Of a stretch of DNA of 64,000 nucleotides, positions 44,209 through 54,190 are shown one piece after another; position 1 is the stretch's first letter, and every line of letters starts with the position of its first letter. The stretch is from the IMG/VR virus record IMGVR_UViG_3300028805_000057, positions 32,001-96,000 of that record. One strand, 5' to 3'. The stretch comes from a virus. Its lineage: Duplodnaviria > Caudoviricetes. The translations under genes and the position numbers were made by a program. The notes under the pieces were generated by a model. It was given only the letters and a program-made list of their open reading frames with translations. It was not told the DNA's origin and made no database searches.

Positions 44209-44559
44209 ATGGATGAGAGTATACTAACATCAATTAAAACTCAATTAGCTCTTATGCCAGAAGATGAATCATTTGACAGAGAGTTAATAATATTTATAAA
44301 TGCTGCGTTCGCTAGACTGACACAGCTTGGTGTTGGTCCAATGCCTCATTTCCAAATAGCAGATGATAGTACAACTTGGGATGAATATGTCACAGATATT
44401 ACACAAGAAGAAATGGCAAAAGTATATGTTTATCTCAAAGTAAAAAGATTATTTGACCCACCTGCTAATTCAACACTTGCAAAAGCAATTGATGAAGAAA
44501 TAGCAATGTATGAATACTTATTAAAAGTTGAAGCGGAGGATGATGCAGAATATGAGTGA
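44209..44559 (+). CDS. Head-to-tail connector/adaptor
   Basis: SILTSIK, FD..LI..IN.AF..L.QLGVGP, YVYLKV..LFDPP. Confidence 0.7.
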   Translation: MDESILTSIKTQLALMPEDESFDRELIIFINAAFARLTQLGVGPMPHFQIADDSTTWDEYVTDITQEEMAKVYVYLKVKRLFDPPANSTLAKAIDEEIAMYEYLLKVEAEDDAEYE

Positions 44560-46276
44560 AGAAATGTTAGCAGTAATGCAAGAAGATGATCAGAATTCGC
44601 TTGAACATTATGGTGTAAAAGGCCAAAAGTGGGGACAGCGAAATTACCAAAATCCTGATGGTACTTATACGGATTTAGGAAAAGAAAGAAGACGAGTAAA
44701 ATTTATCCGAGAAGAGAAGGCTAAGAAAGAAGCTGATGCTAATGCGCATCAAAATGGTATTGAAGAATCAATTGATACAGATGTAAAGATTGGTGGCAAA
44801 GCATATAAGGATATGACTCGTAAAGAGCTCCGTGCTGCAAAGAAACGTGCAAGACATAACGAAGCTGAGCGTAGAGCACAGAGAGAATTTAATAGAGATA
44901 AAAAGCAAGCATTAGAAGATGGTGACATTGCTTTTATTTCAAAAAATATCAGCAAATTTACTAATGAAGAGATTGATGCAGCAATGGTTAGATACAAGAA
45001 AATGCAGGATTTGAAGAATCTTGATAAGGCTAACCAGAAAGATGCAAACCATTACATTGACAAAGCTTTACATTACTTGGATAAAGCAAGTCAAGCAAGT
45101 AAGTCAATCTCTAATATTGCAAATAACTTCAATGATATGTCTAAGAAGGCTGCTGAGAAGAAGAAAGCTTGGATAGATTATGAATATACCAAAGATCCTA
45201 GCTTAAAGCCTCTTACTGAGAAAGAGAAGCTTGATGTTGAGAAACAGAAGACTATTAATAAACAGTCAGAAGAAACTCTTGCTAAGATGAGAGAAGCAAC
45301 ATTACAAGAACAGGAAAAGACCAAGCAAGCGAGAATAGATTCTGCTAATAAACGTTCTTCACAGCAAGCTGAACTTACAGAGATTGAAGAAAAAGCAAGA
45401 AAAGCTCGTATTGATAACGATATGCTTGAACAAGAAGTAAGACAAAAGAAATTCGAAGCTGATCAGAAAGCAGTTGAGAGAGACCAGAAGAAATTTGATC
45501 TTGATATGCAGAAGAAAGCTGTAAAGGATCTTGAGAAAGCAGAAGATGATCTTAAGAAACAACTTAAAGACAGTATCAAACGAGAAATGACTTCTGAAGA
45601 GAAAGAACTCAGAGCAAAGTTAAAAGAAGTTGAAGAAGAGAAGAGAGAAGCTGAACGTAAAGAAAAAGAAGCACGTAGAGCAGAAAAAGAAGCAACTAAT
45701 AGAGCTAATGCTGAATTAAAAGAATATTTACGTAAGCTTGATGAGCAAGAAGAAAATGAAAAAGAACAGAGAAGATTAGAAAAAGAGCAAGCTAAAAAGC
45801 AAAAAGAGATTGAACGTACGATGCAAGAAGAAGCAAAGAATATTGCTAAACAGAATGAAGTTGAAAAACAATTAAATTCTATGACAAATGATGAATATTG
45901 GAATTTAATGTATTCTGGTCAGTCAAAGAATCAATCTAAACTTGGCTCATTCTTCTCTAAGAAAGATAAGGATAAAGTACATAAAGATAATAATCAGGAC
46001 TTTGATCCAGATGATAAAGGTGTTAATATTGTTACAAGAAAATACCTTAATCAGTTAAAAAATTCACCTAAAGATTACTTCAAAGAAAATCAGGTTCAAA
46101 CAGATCAGTGGAAGAAAGATCTGAAGAAGTATGATGCTGATGTAATCGATAAGTGGGTTAAAGATATGAAGAAGAAATATATGAAAGAAAGAAACATGGA
46201 TTCCAAAGCAGCTGAACAAAAAGCTGAGGAGTATGTTGATTCTTGGTTAGATGCCTATGACGAAGGCTTATTCTAA
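44528..46276 (+). CDS. HYG-tagged coiled-coil putative internal virion (ejection) protein
   Basis: LEHYGVKGQKWGQRNYQNPDGT; long charged coiled coil; true start probably 44552. Confidence 0.7.
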   Translation: MKRRMMQNMSEEMLAVMQEDDQNSLEHYGVKGQKWGQRNYQNPDGTYTDLGKERRRVKFIREEKAKKEADANAHQNGIEESIDTDVKIGGKAYKDMTRKELRAAKKRARHNEAERRAQREFNRDKKQALEDGDIAFISKNISKFTNEEIDAAMVRYKKMQDLKNLDKANQKDANHYIDKALHYLDKASQASKSISNIANNFNDMSKKAAEKKKAWIDYEYTKDPSLKPLTEKEKLDVEKQKTINKQSEETLAKMREATLQEQEKTKQARIDSANKRSSQQAELTEIEEKARKARIDNDMLEQEVRQKKFEADQKAVERDQKKFDLDMQKKAVKDLEKAEDDLKKQLKDSIKREMTSEEKELRAKLKEVEEEKREAERKEKEARRAEKEATNRANAELKEYLRKLDEQEENEKEQRRLEKEQAKKQKEIERTMQEEAKNIAKQNEVEKQLNSMTNDEYWNLMYSGQSKNQSKLGSFFSKKDKDKVHKDNNQDFDPDDKGVNIVTRKYLNQLKNSPKDYFKENQVQTDQWKKDLKKYDADVIDKWVKDMKKKYMKERNMDSKAAEQKAEEYVDSWLDAYDEGLF

Positions 46277-46294
46277 TAAATATGAGGTAAACTT

Positions 46295-48037
46295 ATGATA
46301 TCAAATACAGCTACACCGAAATATTATGGGCAATTTCGAGAAGCTGTCTTAAAAGGAGAAATACCAGTTTGTCAAACTATTTCTATGGAGATGAATCGTA
46401 TAGATAATCTTATAGCAAATCCAACAGTTTGGTATGATCCTGCTCCAGTAGAAGGTTATATTAAATTCTGCGAAAAAGAGTTAACTTTGACAGATGGTTC
46501 GGATTTAGTCCTACTTGATTCATTTAAATTATGGGCTGAACAAATATTTTGTTGGTATCACTTTGAACCAGCACAAGTATTTGTTAAAGGCAAGGATGGA
46601 CAACCTGGACATTATGTCACAAAAAATGTTCGTAGACGACTTACACATAAACAATTCCTTATAGTAGGAAGACGTGCATCAAAATCATTATATGTAAGTA
46701 CAATACAAAATTACTTCTTAAACATTGACAACTCTACAACTCATCAAATAGCTGTAGCACCTACAATGAGACAGGCTGAAGAAGTAATGTCGCCCATAAA
46801 AACAGCCTTAGCAAAAGCAAGAGGACCATTATTTAAATTCCTCACAGAAGGTTCTATTAATAATACTACTGGTTCTAAAGCAAATAGAGTTAAAGTTGCA
46901 TCTACAAAGAAAGGTATTCAGAACTTCCTTACAAATTCACTCTTGGAAGTAAGACCACTTTCGATTGATTCGCTTCAGGGTTTGCGCTGTAAAGTCGCAA
47001 GTCTTGATGAGTGGTTATCAGGAGAAACTAAGGAAAATCCTATTACCGCTATTGAACAGGGTGCAAGAAAGATTCCTGATTGGTTAATACTATGTACTTC
47101 ATCAGAAGGTACTATCAGACATGGCGTTGGTGATACAATCAAAATAACACTAATGGATACGCTTAAAGGAGAATACATTGATCCTTTTACAAGTATATTC
47201 TATTATAAGTTAGATAACATTCAGGAATTAAATTATCCAGAATTATTTGTAAAGGCTAATCCTAATATTGGTTATACAACATCATTACAAGATTATATAC
47301 AAGAACGCGATAGAGCAGAAGCGTACCCCTCGGAACGTAATGACATACTCGCCAAGATGTTTAATATACCAATGGAAGGTTATACGTATTACTTTACATA
47401 TGATGAAGCAACACCTGGCCCTTATCAAGAATTTTGGAATATGCCTTGTGCAATGGGTTGTGACTTATCGCAAGGAGATGACTTCTGTGCTTTTACATTT
47501 TTATTTCCTCTTGGTAATGGAAAGTTTGGTATTAAGACAAGAAGTTACATAACCACTTTAACTCAATCAAAGTTAACATTGGCAACACGATTAAGATATG
47601 ATGACTTTATTAATGAAGGAACTTTAGTTGTAATGGATACAACTGTTTTGGATTTAAATTTAGTTTATGAAGATCTAGAACAATTTATAGCATCGAAACA
47701 ATATGCTGTAGAATGTGTAGGATATGACCCGTATAATGCAAAAGAATTTATTGAAAGATGGGCAAGGGATAATGGACCTTATGGTATTGAGAAAGTTATA
47801 CAAGGTGTTAGAACTGAATCAGTACCCCTTGGAGAGTTGAAGAAACTGGCCGAAAATCGTATGCTTCTCTTTGATGAACAGCTTATGAGTTTCGCCATGG
47901 AAAATTCTGTTGTATCAGAAGATTCTAATGGTAATAGAAAACTTTATAAGAAAAGACATCAGGATAAGATTGATAATGTATCGGCACTAATGGATGCATT
48001 TGTTGCATACAAGTTAAATAAAGATTACTTCGAGTAA
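46295..48037 (+). CDS. terL: Terminase large subunit
   Basis: Walker A variant VGRRASKS, Walker B SLDEW, GCDLSQGDDF, GYDPYN, KIDNVSALMDA. Confidence 0.92.
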   Translation: MISNTATPKYYGQFREAVLKGEIPVCQTISMEMNRIDNLIANPTVWYDPAPVEGYIKFCEKELTLTDGSDLVLLDSFKLWAEQIFCWYHFEPAQVFVKGKDGQPGHYVTKNVRRRLTHKQFLIVGRRASKSLYVSTIQNYFLNIDNSTTHQIAVAPTMRQAEEVMSPIKTALAKARGPLFKFLTEGSINNTTGSKANRVKVASTKKGIQNFLTNSLLEVRPLSIDSLQGLRCKVASLDEWLSGETKENPITAIEQGARKIPDWLILCTSSEGTIRHGVGDTIKITLMDTLKGEYIDPFTSIFYYKLDNIQELNYPELFVKANPNIGYTTSLQDYIQERDRAEAYPSERNDILAKMFNIPMEGYTYYFTYDEATPGPYQEFWNMPCAMGCDLSQGDDFCAFTFLFPLGNGKFGIKTRSYITTLTQSKLTLATRLRYDDFINEGTLVVMDTTVLDLNLVYEDLEQFIASKQYAVECVGYDPYNAKEFIERWARDNGPYGIEKVIQGVRTESVPLGELKKLAENRMLLFDEQLMSFAMENSVVSEDSNGNRKLYKKRHQDKIDNVSALMDAFVAYKLNKDYFE

Positions 48038-48057
48038 AATCAAAATAGAAGGAGATA

Positions 48058-49407
48058 ATGATGGATTTCAAGAATAGAATCAAGCATGCCTGGAATGCAT
48101 TTATGAATAAAGATCCCACTCCAACGGTGGATTTAGGTCCAAGTTCATATTATTATCCAGAGCGAACGCAAACAAGAACACAGACTGATCGTTCAATGAT
48201 TACATCAATATTTAATCGTATTGCGATAGATGTATCTACAGTAAGAATATTACAAGCAAAGGTTGACGAATTAGGTAATTATATAGAACCCATGAGAACT
48301 CCTTTGAATGAATGCTTACAAGTTAGTGCAAATATTGATCAGACTGGACGAGCATTAATACAAGATGCAGTTCAGAGAATGTTTAGAGATGGAGTTGTTG
48401 CATTAGCTCCAATTGTATCAGATGATAATCCTAATGAAACTGGTACATTTGATATATACGATATTCGATGTTGTGCAGTAACACAATGGTATCCTCGAAA
48501 AGTCGAAGTAGAAGTTTACAATGACAAGAAAGGAACTATTGAGAAATTATTACTTGACAAAGAGATCGTATGTATTATTCAAAATCCTATGTATGAAATA
48601 ATGAATGCACCAAGTTCATTACTTAATAGGATTTTTAAGAAATTGAGTTTGCTGGATGTAGTCGATAATGAGAATGCATCTAATAAACTAAATATGATTA
48701 TTCAAGTACCTTACTCAACAAGATCTCAGCTTCATCAAGATAATGCTTCGAGACGAAGAAAAGAGATTGAAGACCAATTAATTAATAATCCTTATGGTAT
48801 TGCCTATATGGATGTTAATGAAAAGCTTATTCAATTGAGTAGACCTCTTGAATCAAATCTCCTCGAACATATCAAATATTTGATGGAGACTTATAAGAAT
48901 CAACTTGGTATCACCGATGCAGTTTTAAATGGAACTGCGAATGAAACAGAGATGAACAACTACATCAAGAGAACAGTTGAACCTATTTGTGCTGCTCTCT
49001 GTGATGAAATGAGACGTAAATGGTTAACACAAACTGCCCGTACAAAAGGACAATCCATTACGTATTACTCTGATCCATTCAAGCTTATACCTATTAATGA
49101 AATTGCTAAGTTTGCAGATGTACTTTCTAGAAATGAGATTATGACATCTAATGAACTTAGACAGAAGATGGGTATGCCTCCGTCAGATGATCCAAGGGCT
49201 GATGAGTTAAATAATGCTAATATGCCTGACTACGATCAAGAAAATCAAAATGAGATGATTCCTATGGAAGAAGAAACTAATCCTGGACAAGAAGAAGTTT
49301 ACTTCGATCCTAATGCTCAGAATCAGGAAACTGAAGAAGAGCAAGGTGAAGAGGAAGTTTATTATGATCCTGAAAGTAGCACTAAGACATTTAGCTTGTT
49401 TAAATAA
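48058..49407 (+). CDS. Portal protein
   Basis: Follows TerL; IFNRIAIDV, ANIDQTGRA, NEIMTSNELR..MGMPP. Confidence 0.88.
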   Translation: MMDFKNRIKHAWNAFMNKDPTPTVDLGPSSYYYPERTQTRTQTDRSMITSIFNRIAIDVSTVRILQAKVDELGNYIEPMRTPLNECLQVSANIDQTGRALIQDAVQRMFRDGVVALAPIVSDDNPNETGTFDIYDIRCCAVTQWYPRKVEVEVYNDKKGTIEKLLLDKEIVCIIQNPMYEIMNAPSSLLNRIFKKLSLLDVVDNENASNKLNMIIQVPYSTRSQLHQDNASRRRKEIEDQLINNPYGIAYMDVNEKLIQLSRPLESNLLEHIKYLMETYKNQLGITDAVLNGTANETEMNNYIKRTVEPICAALCDEMRRKWLTQTARTKGQSITYYSDPFKLIPINEIAKFADVLSRNEIMTSNELRQKMGMPPSDDPRADELNNANMPDYDQENQNEMIPMEEETNPGQEEVYFDPNAQNQETEEEQGEEEVYYDPESSTKTFSLFK

Positions 49408-49430
49408 AATATTACGAGAGGAGAAAACCA

Positions 49431-51842
49431 ATGAATCAAGACTACGATTTTGCCGGTTGGGCAACCAAAAATGACATTCTTTGTGAAGACGGTCGTGTTA
49501 TTAAGAAGGATGCATTTAAGGATTGCGATGGTAAACAGGTACCGTTAGTCTTCAATCATGATCACAAAGATGTTCAGAACTTTTTAGGACATTGTGTATT
49601 AGAAAATCGTGATGAGGGTGTTTACTGCTATGGCTATATAGACAAAGACACACCTGCAGGTCAGCAGGCTCTGAGTCTTATTAAACATGGAAGTTTGAAT
49701 TCTCTCTCGATTTATGCTAATAAACTTAAACAGATTGGTCATGATGTAATTCACGGTCTTATTCGTGAAGTTTCACTTGTACTTGCTGGTGCTAATTCAG
49801 GCGCTGTAATAGATACAGTATTAGCTCATGCAGAAGATGCAAGTGATATTGAAGGCGATGCTATGATAGTTTACGCTGGTGAAGAAAATCCTATTGAGCA
49901 TAGTTTTGATGATTCCGAGCACGAAGAAGAAATAGAACATTCAGCTGATGAGTCAGAAGATGATGAAGCAGTATTTGATTCTATGACAGATGCTCAGAAG
50001 AGACTTATGCTCAAAATGATGGGTATGGCTGCAGAAGATGCAGCAAATTCTACAGTTTCCCATTCTTCAAAAGATGCTGAGGAAGATGATGAAGATGACG
50101 ATGACGAAGACGATGAGTCAGAGTTAGAACATTCTAAAGAATCTTCTGAAGAGAATGAAGATAAGGATAAAAAGAAAGCTTGTTCACACAGCTTCTTACT
50201 TTTTGGTAATGATGATGAATTGAGTCATGCTTCAAAAGAAGAAGACGAAAAAGAAGAAACCAAAAATGAGGAAGATGATGAAGACAATGAAAACCTCGAA
50301 GATGCTGAAGAATCCGATGTAGAAGAGGATGACAAAGACGACGAGGAAGAAACAAATGATTCAAACAAAAATAATGAGAAGGAGAAAAAAGAAATGACTC
50401 ACAATTTATTTGAAAATCAGGCACAGAACGATGTTCTTATCCACAGCGCTGAAATGTGCAGCGAGATGATGGCAGATGCAGTTAAGTTTGGTTCACTTAA
50501 GGATTCCGTAATGGCTCATAGTGCAGATTACGGTATTGATAACATTGATTACCTTTTCCCGAATGCAAAGAATTACACCACTACTCCTGAGTTCATTAAG
50601 AGAAGAACTGAGTGGGTTAATGAAGTTCTTTCAGGCGTTCGTCAGTCACCTTTCAGCCGTGTTAAGACTATCTTCGCTGACATCACCGAGGATGAGGCTC
50701 GTGCTAAGGGTTACATCAAGGGTAACCGTAAGGCAGAGGAAGTATTCACTCTGTTAAAGAGAGAGACCACTCCTACTACCGTTTACAAGAAGCAGAGAAT
50801 TGATCGTGATGATATTATCGATATCACTGACTTCTCAGTTATCGAGTATATCAAGGCAGAGATGAGAATTATGTACGATGAGGAATGTGCACGTGCAATC
50901 CTTGTTGGTGATGGACGTAATCCTCTTAGCCCTGACAAGATCAAGGAAGCTAACATCAGACCTATCTGGACAGATGATGATCTGTTTACAGTTAAGAGAG
51001 CAATCGCTGTTACTACAGCTACAACTGATCAGGCTCGTGCTAAGGCATTTATCAAGAACCTTGTTAAGTCAAGAAAGCTTTACAGAGGTTCAGGTAATCC
51101 TACACTCTTCATCGCTGAGGACCTTCTTGCTGATATGCTCCTTATCGAGGATGAGATGGGACGTCTTATCTATGATGACATCAACAAGCTTAAGAACACT
51201 CTTCGTGTTAACAAGATTGTTGAAGTTCCGATCTTTGATGGTCTTATGAGAATAGACAATGGCGATACCAAGTATCTTGCAGCTATTCTTGTTAATCTTA
51301 ATGACTACAGAACTGGCCGTGATCGTGGTGGCGAGCTCAGCTTCTTCGATGATTTTGATATCGACTTCAACCAGCAGAAGTATCTTATGGAGTCAAGATT
51401 CTCAGGTGCTCTTGTTCTGCCTTATTCAGCAGTTGCATATGAGTTCGTTTACAATCTTACTCTTGATATCCAGGCAGAGGACAGCACTACTGTTGTTCTT
51501 GGCAAGCAGGTATCTGAGCTTCAGGAGAATGTATTCGTTAATGAGAACTCTGTACAGGGTATCCTTAACTATGTAACTGGTTATACTCAGTTCTCAGATT
51601 CACCTGAGCTTCAGGAAGGTCACTATCTTGCACTTAAGTTCGAGGCATCTGATGGAGCAACTGTTACTATCCAGACTATCGGTGGCGTAGATGATGCAAG
51701 AGTCGTTACTCTTGATCAGGATATGAATTCAGTTACTTATGTTAAGTCTACAAAGGAGAAGCTCAGAGTTACTTGCTCACTTAACGGCGACGTTATCACA
51801 AGAACTATCACCTTCAGTGGCTTAAAGCTTCTTGCTGAGTAA
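49431..51842 (+). CDS. Prohead protease + acidic scaffold + HK97-fold major capsid protein fusion
   Basis: VPLVFNH (His), SLSIYA (Ser), IREVSLVLAGAN; capsid part AKGYIKG, FDDFDIDFNQQKYLMESRFSGAL. Confidence 0.9.
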   Translation: MNQDYDFAGWATKNDILCEDGRVIKKDAFKDCDGKQVPLVFNHDHKDVQNFLGHCVLENRDEGVYCYGYIDKDTPAGQQALSLIKHGSLNSLSIYANKLKQIGHDVIHGLIREVSLVLAGANSGAVIDTVLAHAEDASDIEGDAMIVYAGEENPIEHSFDDSEHEEEIEHSADESEDDEAVFDSMTDAQKRLMLKMMGMAAEDAANSTVSHSSKDAEEDDEDDDDEDDESELEHSKESSEENEDKDKKKACSHSFLLFGNDDELSHASKEEDEKEETKNEEDDEDNENLEDAEESDVEEDDKDDEEETNDSNKNNEKEKKEMTHNLFENQAQNDVLIHSAEMCSEMMADAVKFGSLKDSVMAHSADYGIDNIDYLFPNAKNYTTTPEFIKRRTEWVNEVLSGVRQSPFSRVKTIFADITEDEARAKGYIKGNRKAEEVFTLLKRETTPTTVYKKQRIDRDDIIDITDFSVIEYIKAEMRIMYDEECARAILVGDGRNPLSPDKIKEANIRPIWTDDDLFTVKRAIAVTTATTDQARAKAFIKNLVKSRKLYRGSGNPTLFIAEDLLADMLLIEDEMGRLIYDDINKLKNTLRVNKIVEVPIFDGLMRIDNGDTKYLAAILVNLNDYRTGRDRGGELSFFDDFDIDFNQQKYLMESRFSGALVLPYSAVAYEFVYNLTLDIQAEDSTTVVLGKQVSELQENVFVNENSVQGILNYVTGYTQFSDSPELQEGHYLALKFEASDGATVTIQTIGGVDDARVVTLDQDMNSVTYVKSTKEKLRVTCSLNGDVITRTITFSGLKLLAE

Positions 51843-51904
51843 TAAATCACTTTGCAGAGCAAACTAAACTACTCGCACTAAAATAAAGTGTTCGTAATCA
51901 AAAT

Positions 51905-51944
51905 GGGGTGCTGCGGGTAAGTTACCCGTGGTGCCCTTAATTTT
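51905..51944 (+). terminator. Intrinsic terminator after the capsid gene
   Basis: GGGGTGCTGCGGGTAA-G-TTACCCGTGGTGCCCT then TAATTTT. Confidence 0.7.
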
Positions 51945-51964
51945 AATGGAAGGAGGACGAGATA

Positions 51965-52309
51965 ATGAGATACTTTGCTAAATTAGGTTATAGATATACT
52001 GAAGAACAGAAAGACTCTGAAGGCAGACCTAATGGTATCTATAAAGAGATTTATATTGAAAGACCTTACAAAGCAGAAGTAATGTCATCTGGTTATCGGA
52101 ACCAACAAGGCGAAGGTATTAATGATGACTACAAAATAACAAACAAGTTTAGTGTATTAGCTTGTGATGCTTTTACATTATCTCATCTGAATTCTATTAT
52201 CTGGATTGAATATTTAAATGTCAAATGGAAGGTGACTTCTGTTGATATACAAAGACCCAGATTAATAATTTCAATAGGAGGTGAGTATAATGGCGTTGAG
52301 CAAGAATAG
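51965..52309 (+). CDS. Head closure / head-tail stopper
   Basis: Position; KWKVTSVDIQRPRLIISIGG.YNG. Confidence 0.7.
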   Translation: MRYFAKLGYRYTEEQKDSEGRPNGIYKEIYIERPYKAEVMSSGYRNQQGEGINDDYKITNKFSVLACDAFTLSHLNSIIWIEYLNVKWKVTSVDIQRPRLIISIGGEYNGVEQE

Positions 52310-52598
52310 AGAAGATTTACATCAAGTACTTCTGACTTATTGTCCTAACGTATATTACCAACCTCCAGAATCAGTGAAACTTAAATTTCCATGCATAATT
52401 TATGCTATGGCTACTTTAAGTCCACAGTATGCTGACAATAATCCATATCTCTTGCATGTATCTTATGATATGAGGTATATTACAAGAGATGCAGATGATG
52501 AAACAGTATATAATTTGGCTCTATTGCCAAAGTGTAAGCATGGTAAAATGTATGCAAAAGATAATTTGTATCATCATTCTTACACAATCTATTATTAA
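52290..52598 (+). CDS. Tail terminator protein
   Basis: NVYYQPPES..KFPCIIY, ADNNPY, DNLYH. Confidence 0.7.
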   Translation: MALSKNREDLHQVLLTYCPNVYYQPPESVKLKFPCIIYAMATLSPQYADNNPYLLHVSYDMRYITRDADDETVYNLALLPKCKHGKMYAKDNLYHHSYTIYY

Positions 52599-52627
52599 AA
52601 AATACAGAACAAGGAGGAAAAACAACC

Positions 52628-53326
52628 ATGGCTAAACTCACATGGGATGAAGCGGCCAATCGTTTATATGAAACTGGTGTCGATCATGTAGTTCTTTTCC
52701 CTATGTTTGGTACTACCAAAGCTAATAGTGCTTACGCTAAGGGTGTTGCTTGGAATGGTGTTACAGGTATCACAGAGAATCCTGAAGGTGCAGATGCAAA
52801 TGATATCTATGCAGATAACATGAAGTATTTGTCACTGATTTCTGTTGAGAACTGGAAGGCTACTATCAAGGCTTACACTTGGCCCAGAGAATTTAATAGA
52901 TGTCAGGGCGAGCTTGAGTATAATGATGGTACTCATATGGGATTGTTCTTTGGTCAGCAGAATCATGAAAGATTTGGTATTGCTTGGAGAACAATTCAGG
53001 GTAATGCAGTTAAGGGTGATTCTTATGGTTACAAGCTTCATGTTGCTTATGGTCTTACTGCAGCTCCTTCAGAGAAGGATCATGCTACAGTTAATGATTC
53101 TCCTGAAGCAACAGAGTTCTCATGGGAACTTAACTCAATTCCGGATGCATTTGTAACAACTGAAGATCCTAATACAGGAGAAGTTCTTGCACCTACTTCA
53201 CATATTGTAGTAGATAGTGTATTGAATCCTACTGGATATGCAGCTCTTGAAGCAGCATTATTTGGAACAGTAAGTGCAGATGCATATCTTCCTACACCCG
53301 ATTATTTAGCAACTTTAGTATCTTAA
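52628..53326 (+). CDS. Major tail protein 1
   Basis: WD....YETGVD, GVAWNG, YADN.KY, A.PSE...T.NDSPE...FSWE. Confidence 0.85.
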   Translation: MAKLTWDEAANRLYETGVDHVVLFPMFGTTKANSAYAKGVAWNGVTGITENPEGADANDIYADNMKYLSLISVENWKATIKAYTWPREFNRCQGELEYNDGTHMGLFFGQQNHERFGIAWRTIQGNAVKGDSYGYKLHVAYGLTAAPSEKDHATVNDSPEATEFSWELNSIPDAFVTTEDPNTGEVLAPTSHIVVDSVLNPTGYAALEAALFGTVSADAYLPTPDYLATLVS

Positions 53327-53344
53327 TGAAAGGAGAAAGACATC

Positions 53345-54127
53345 ATGGCAGCTTTGGTTTGGGATGCTGATAATGAGAGACTGTTTGAGACTGGTGTGGA
53401 TCATGTAGTCCTCTATCTTATGAATGATGACGGCACATATGCTGAGGGTGTTGCATGGAATGGTGTTACCGGTATTACCGAGTCACCTGAAGGTGCAGAT
53501 GCTAATGACATATATGCTGACAATATTAAGTATCTTTCTCTGATCTCAAAGGAAGACTGGAAAGGTACTATTAAAGCTTATACTTATCCTAAGGAATTCA
53601 ATCAGTGTATGGGTAACTTTGGTGTTGGTTCAACATCTTCAGCTCTTGGTTTCAAGGCTCATGTTGGACAGCAGAAGAGAAAGAAGTTTGCTCTTTCTTG
53701 GAGAACCCGTCTTGGTAATGATACACTTGGTGATAGTTTTGCTTACAAGATTCACATTGCTTGGGGTCTGAGTGCAGCTCCTTCAGAAATGGATCATGCT
53801 ACACAGAATGACTCACCTGAGGCACAGGAATTTAGCTGGGAAATCAGTTCGATTCCTCCTCAGACAAGTGAAAAGATTCCTTATGATGGAACTACCACTG
53901 CAGCAAACAAGATTGCTGTTCAGCCTTGCGCACATGTATTTGTAGCAAGTAAGATTGTTACATTTGATCAAGTAACAGATGTTGATAATGAAGATCTTGC
54001 TGCTCTTGAAGCATATCTGTATGGCACTAATGAGTCTGCAGTGGGTGAGGGTGACGATACTCCCGCAAAGGTTCCTACTCTGACAGAACTTATTCAGGGT
54101 TATCCTACAGGCAACTACGGATCGTAA
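53345..54127 (+). CDS. Major tail protein 2 (tandem paralog)
   Basis: Same motifs as 52628-53326. Confidence 0.85.
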   Translation: MAALVWDADNERLFETGVDHVVLYLMNDDGTYAEGVAWNGVTGITESPEGADANDIYADNIKYLSLISKEDWKGTIKAYTYPKEFNQCMGNFGVGSTSSALGFKAHVGQQKRKKFALSWRTRLGNDTLGDSFAYKIHIAWGLSAAPSEMDHATQNDSPEAQEFSWEISSIPPQTSEKIPYDGTTTAANKIAVQPCAHVFVASKIVTFDQVTDVDNEDLAALEAYLYGTNESAVGEGDDTPAKVPTLTELIQGYPTGNYGS

Positions 54128-54150
54128 TTTTACAATTAAATAATTATTAT

Positions 54151-54190
54151 AGGGGGAGCTTGAAATACAGTTTCCCTCTATAATTTTTTT
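54151..54190 (+). terminator. Intrinsic terminator after the tail tube genes
   Basis: AGGGGGAGCT...AGTTTCCCTCT then T-run. Confidence 0.75.
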
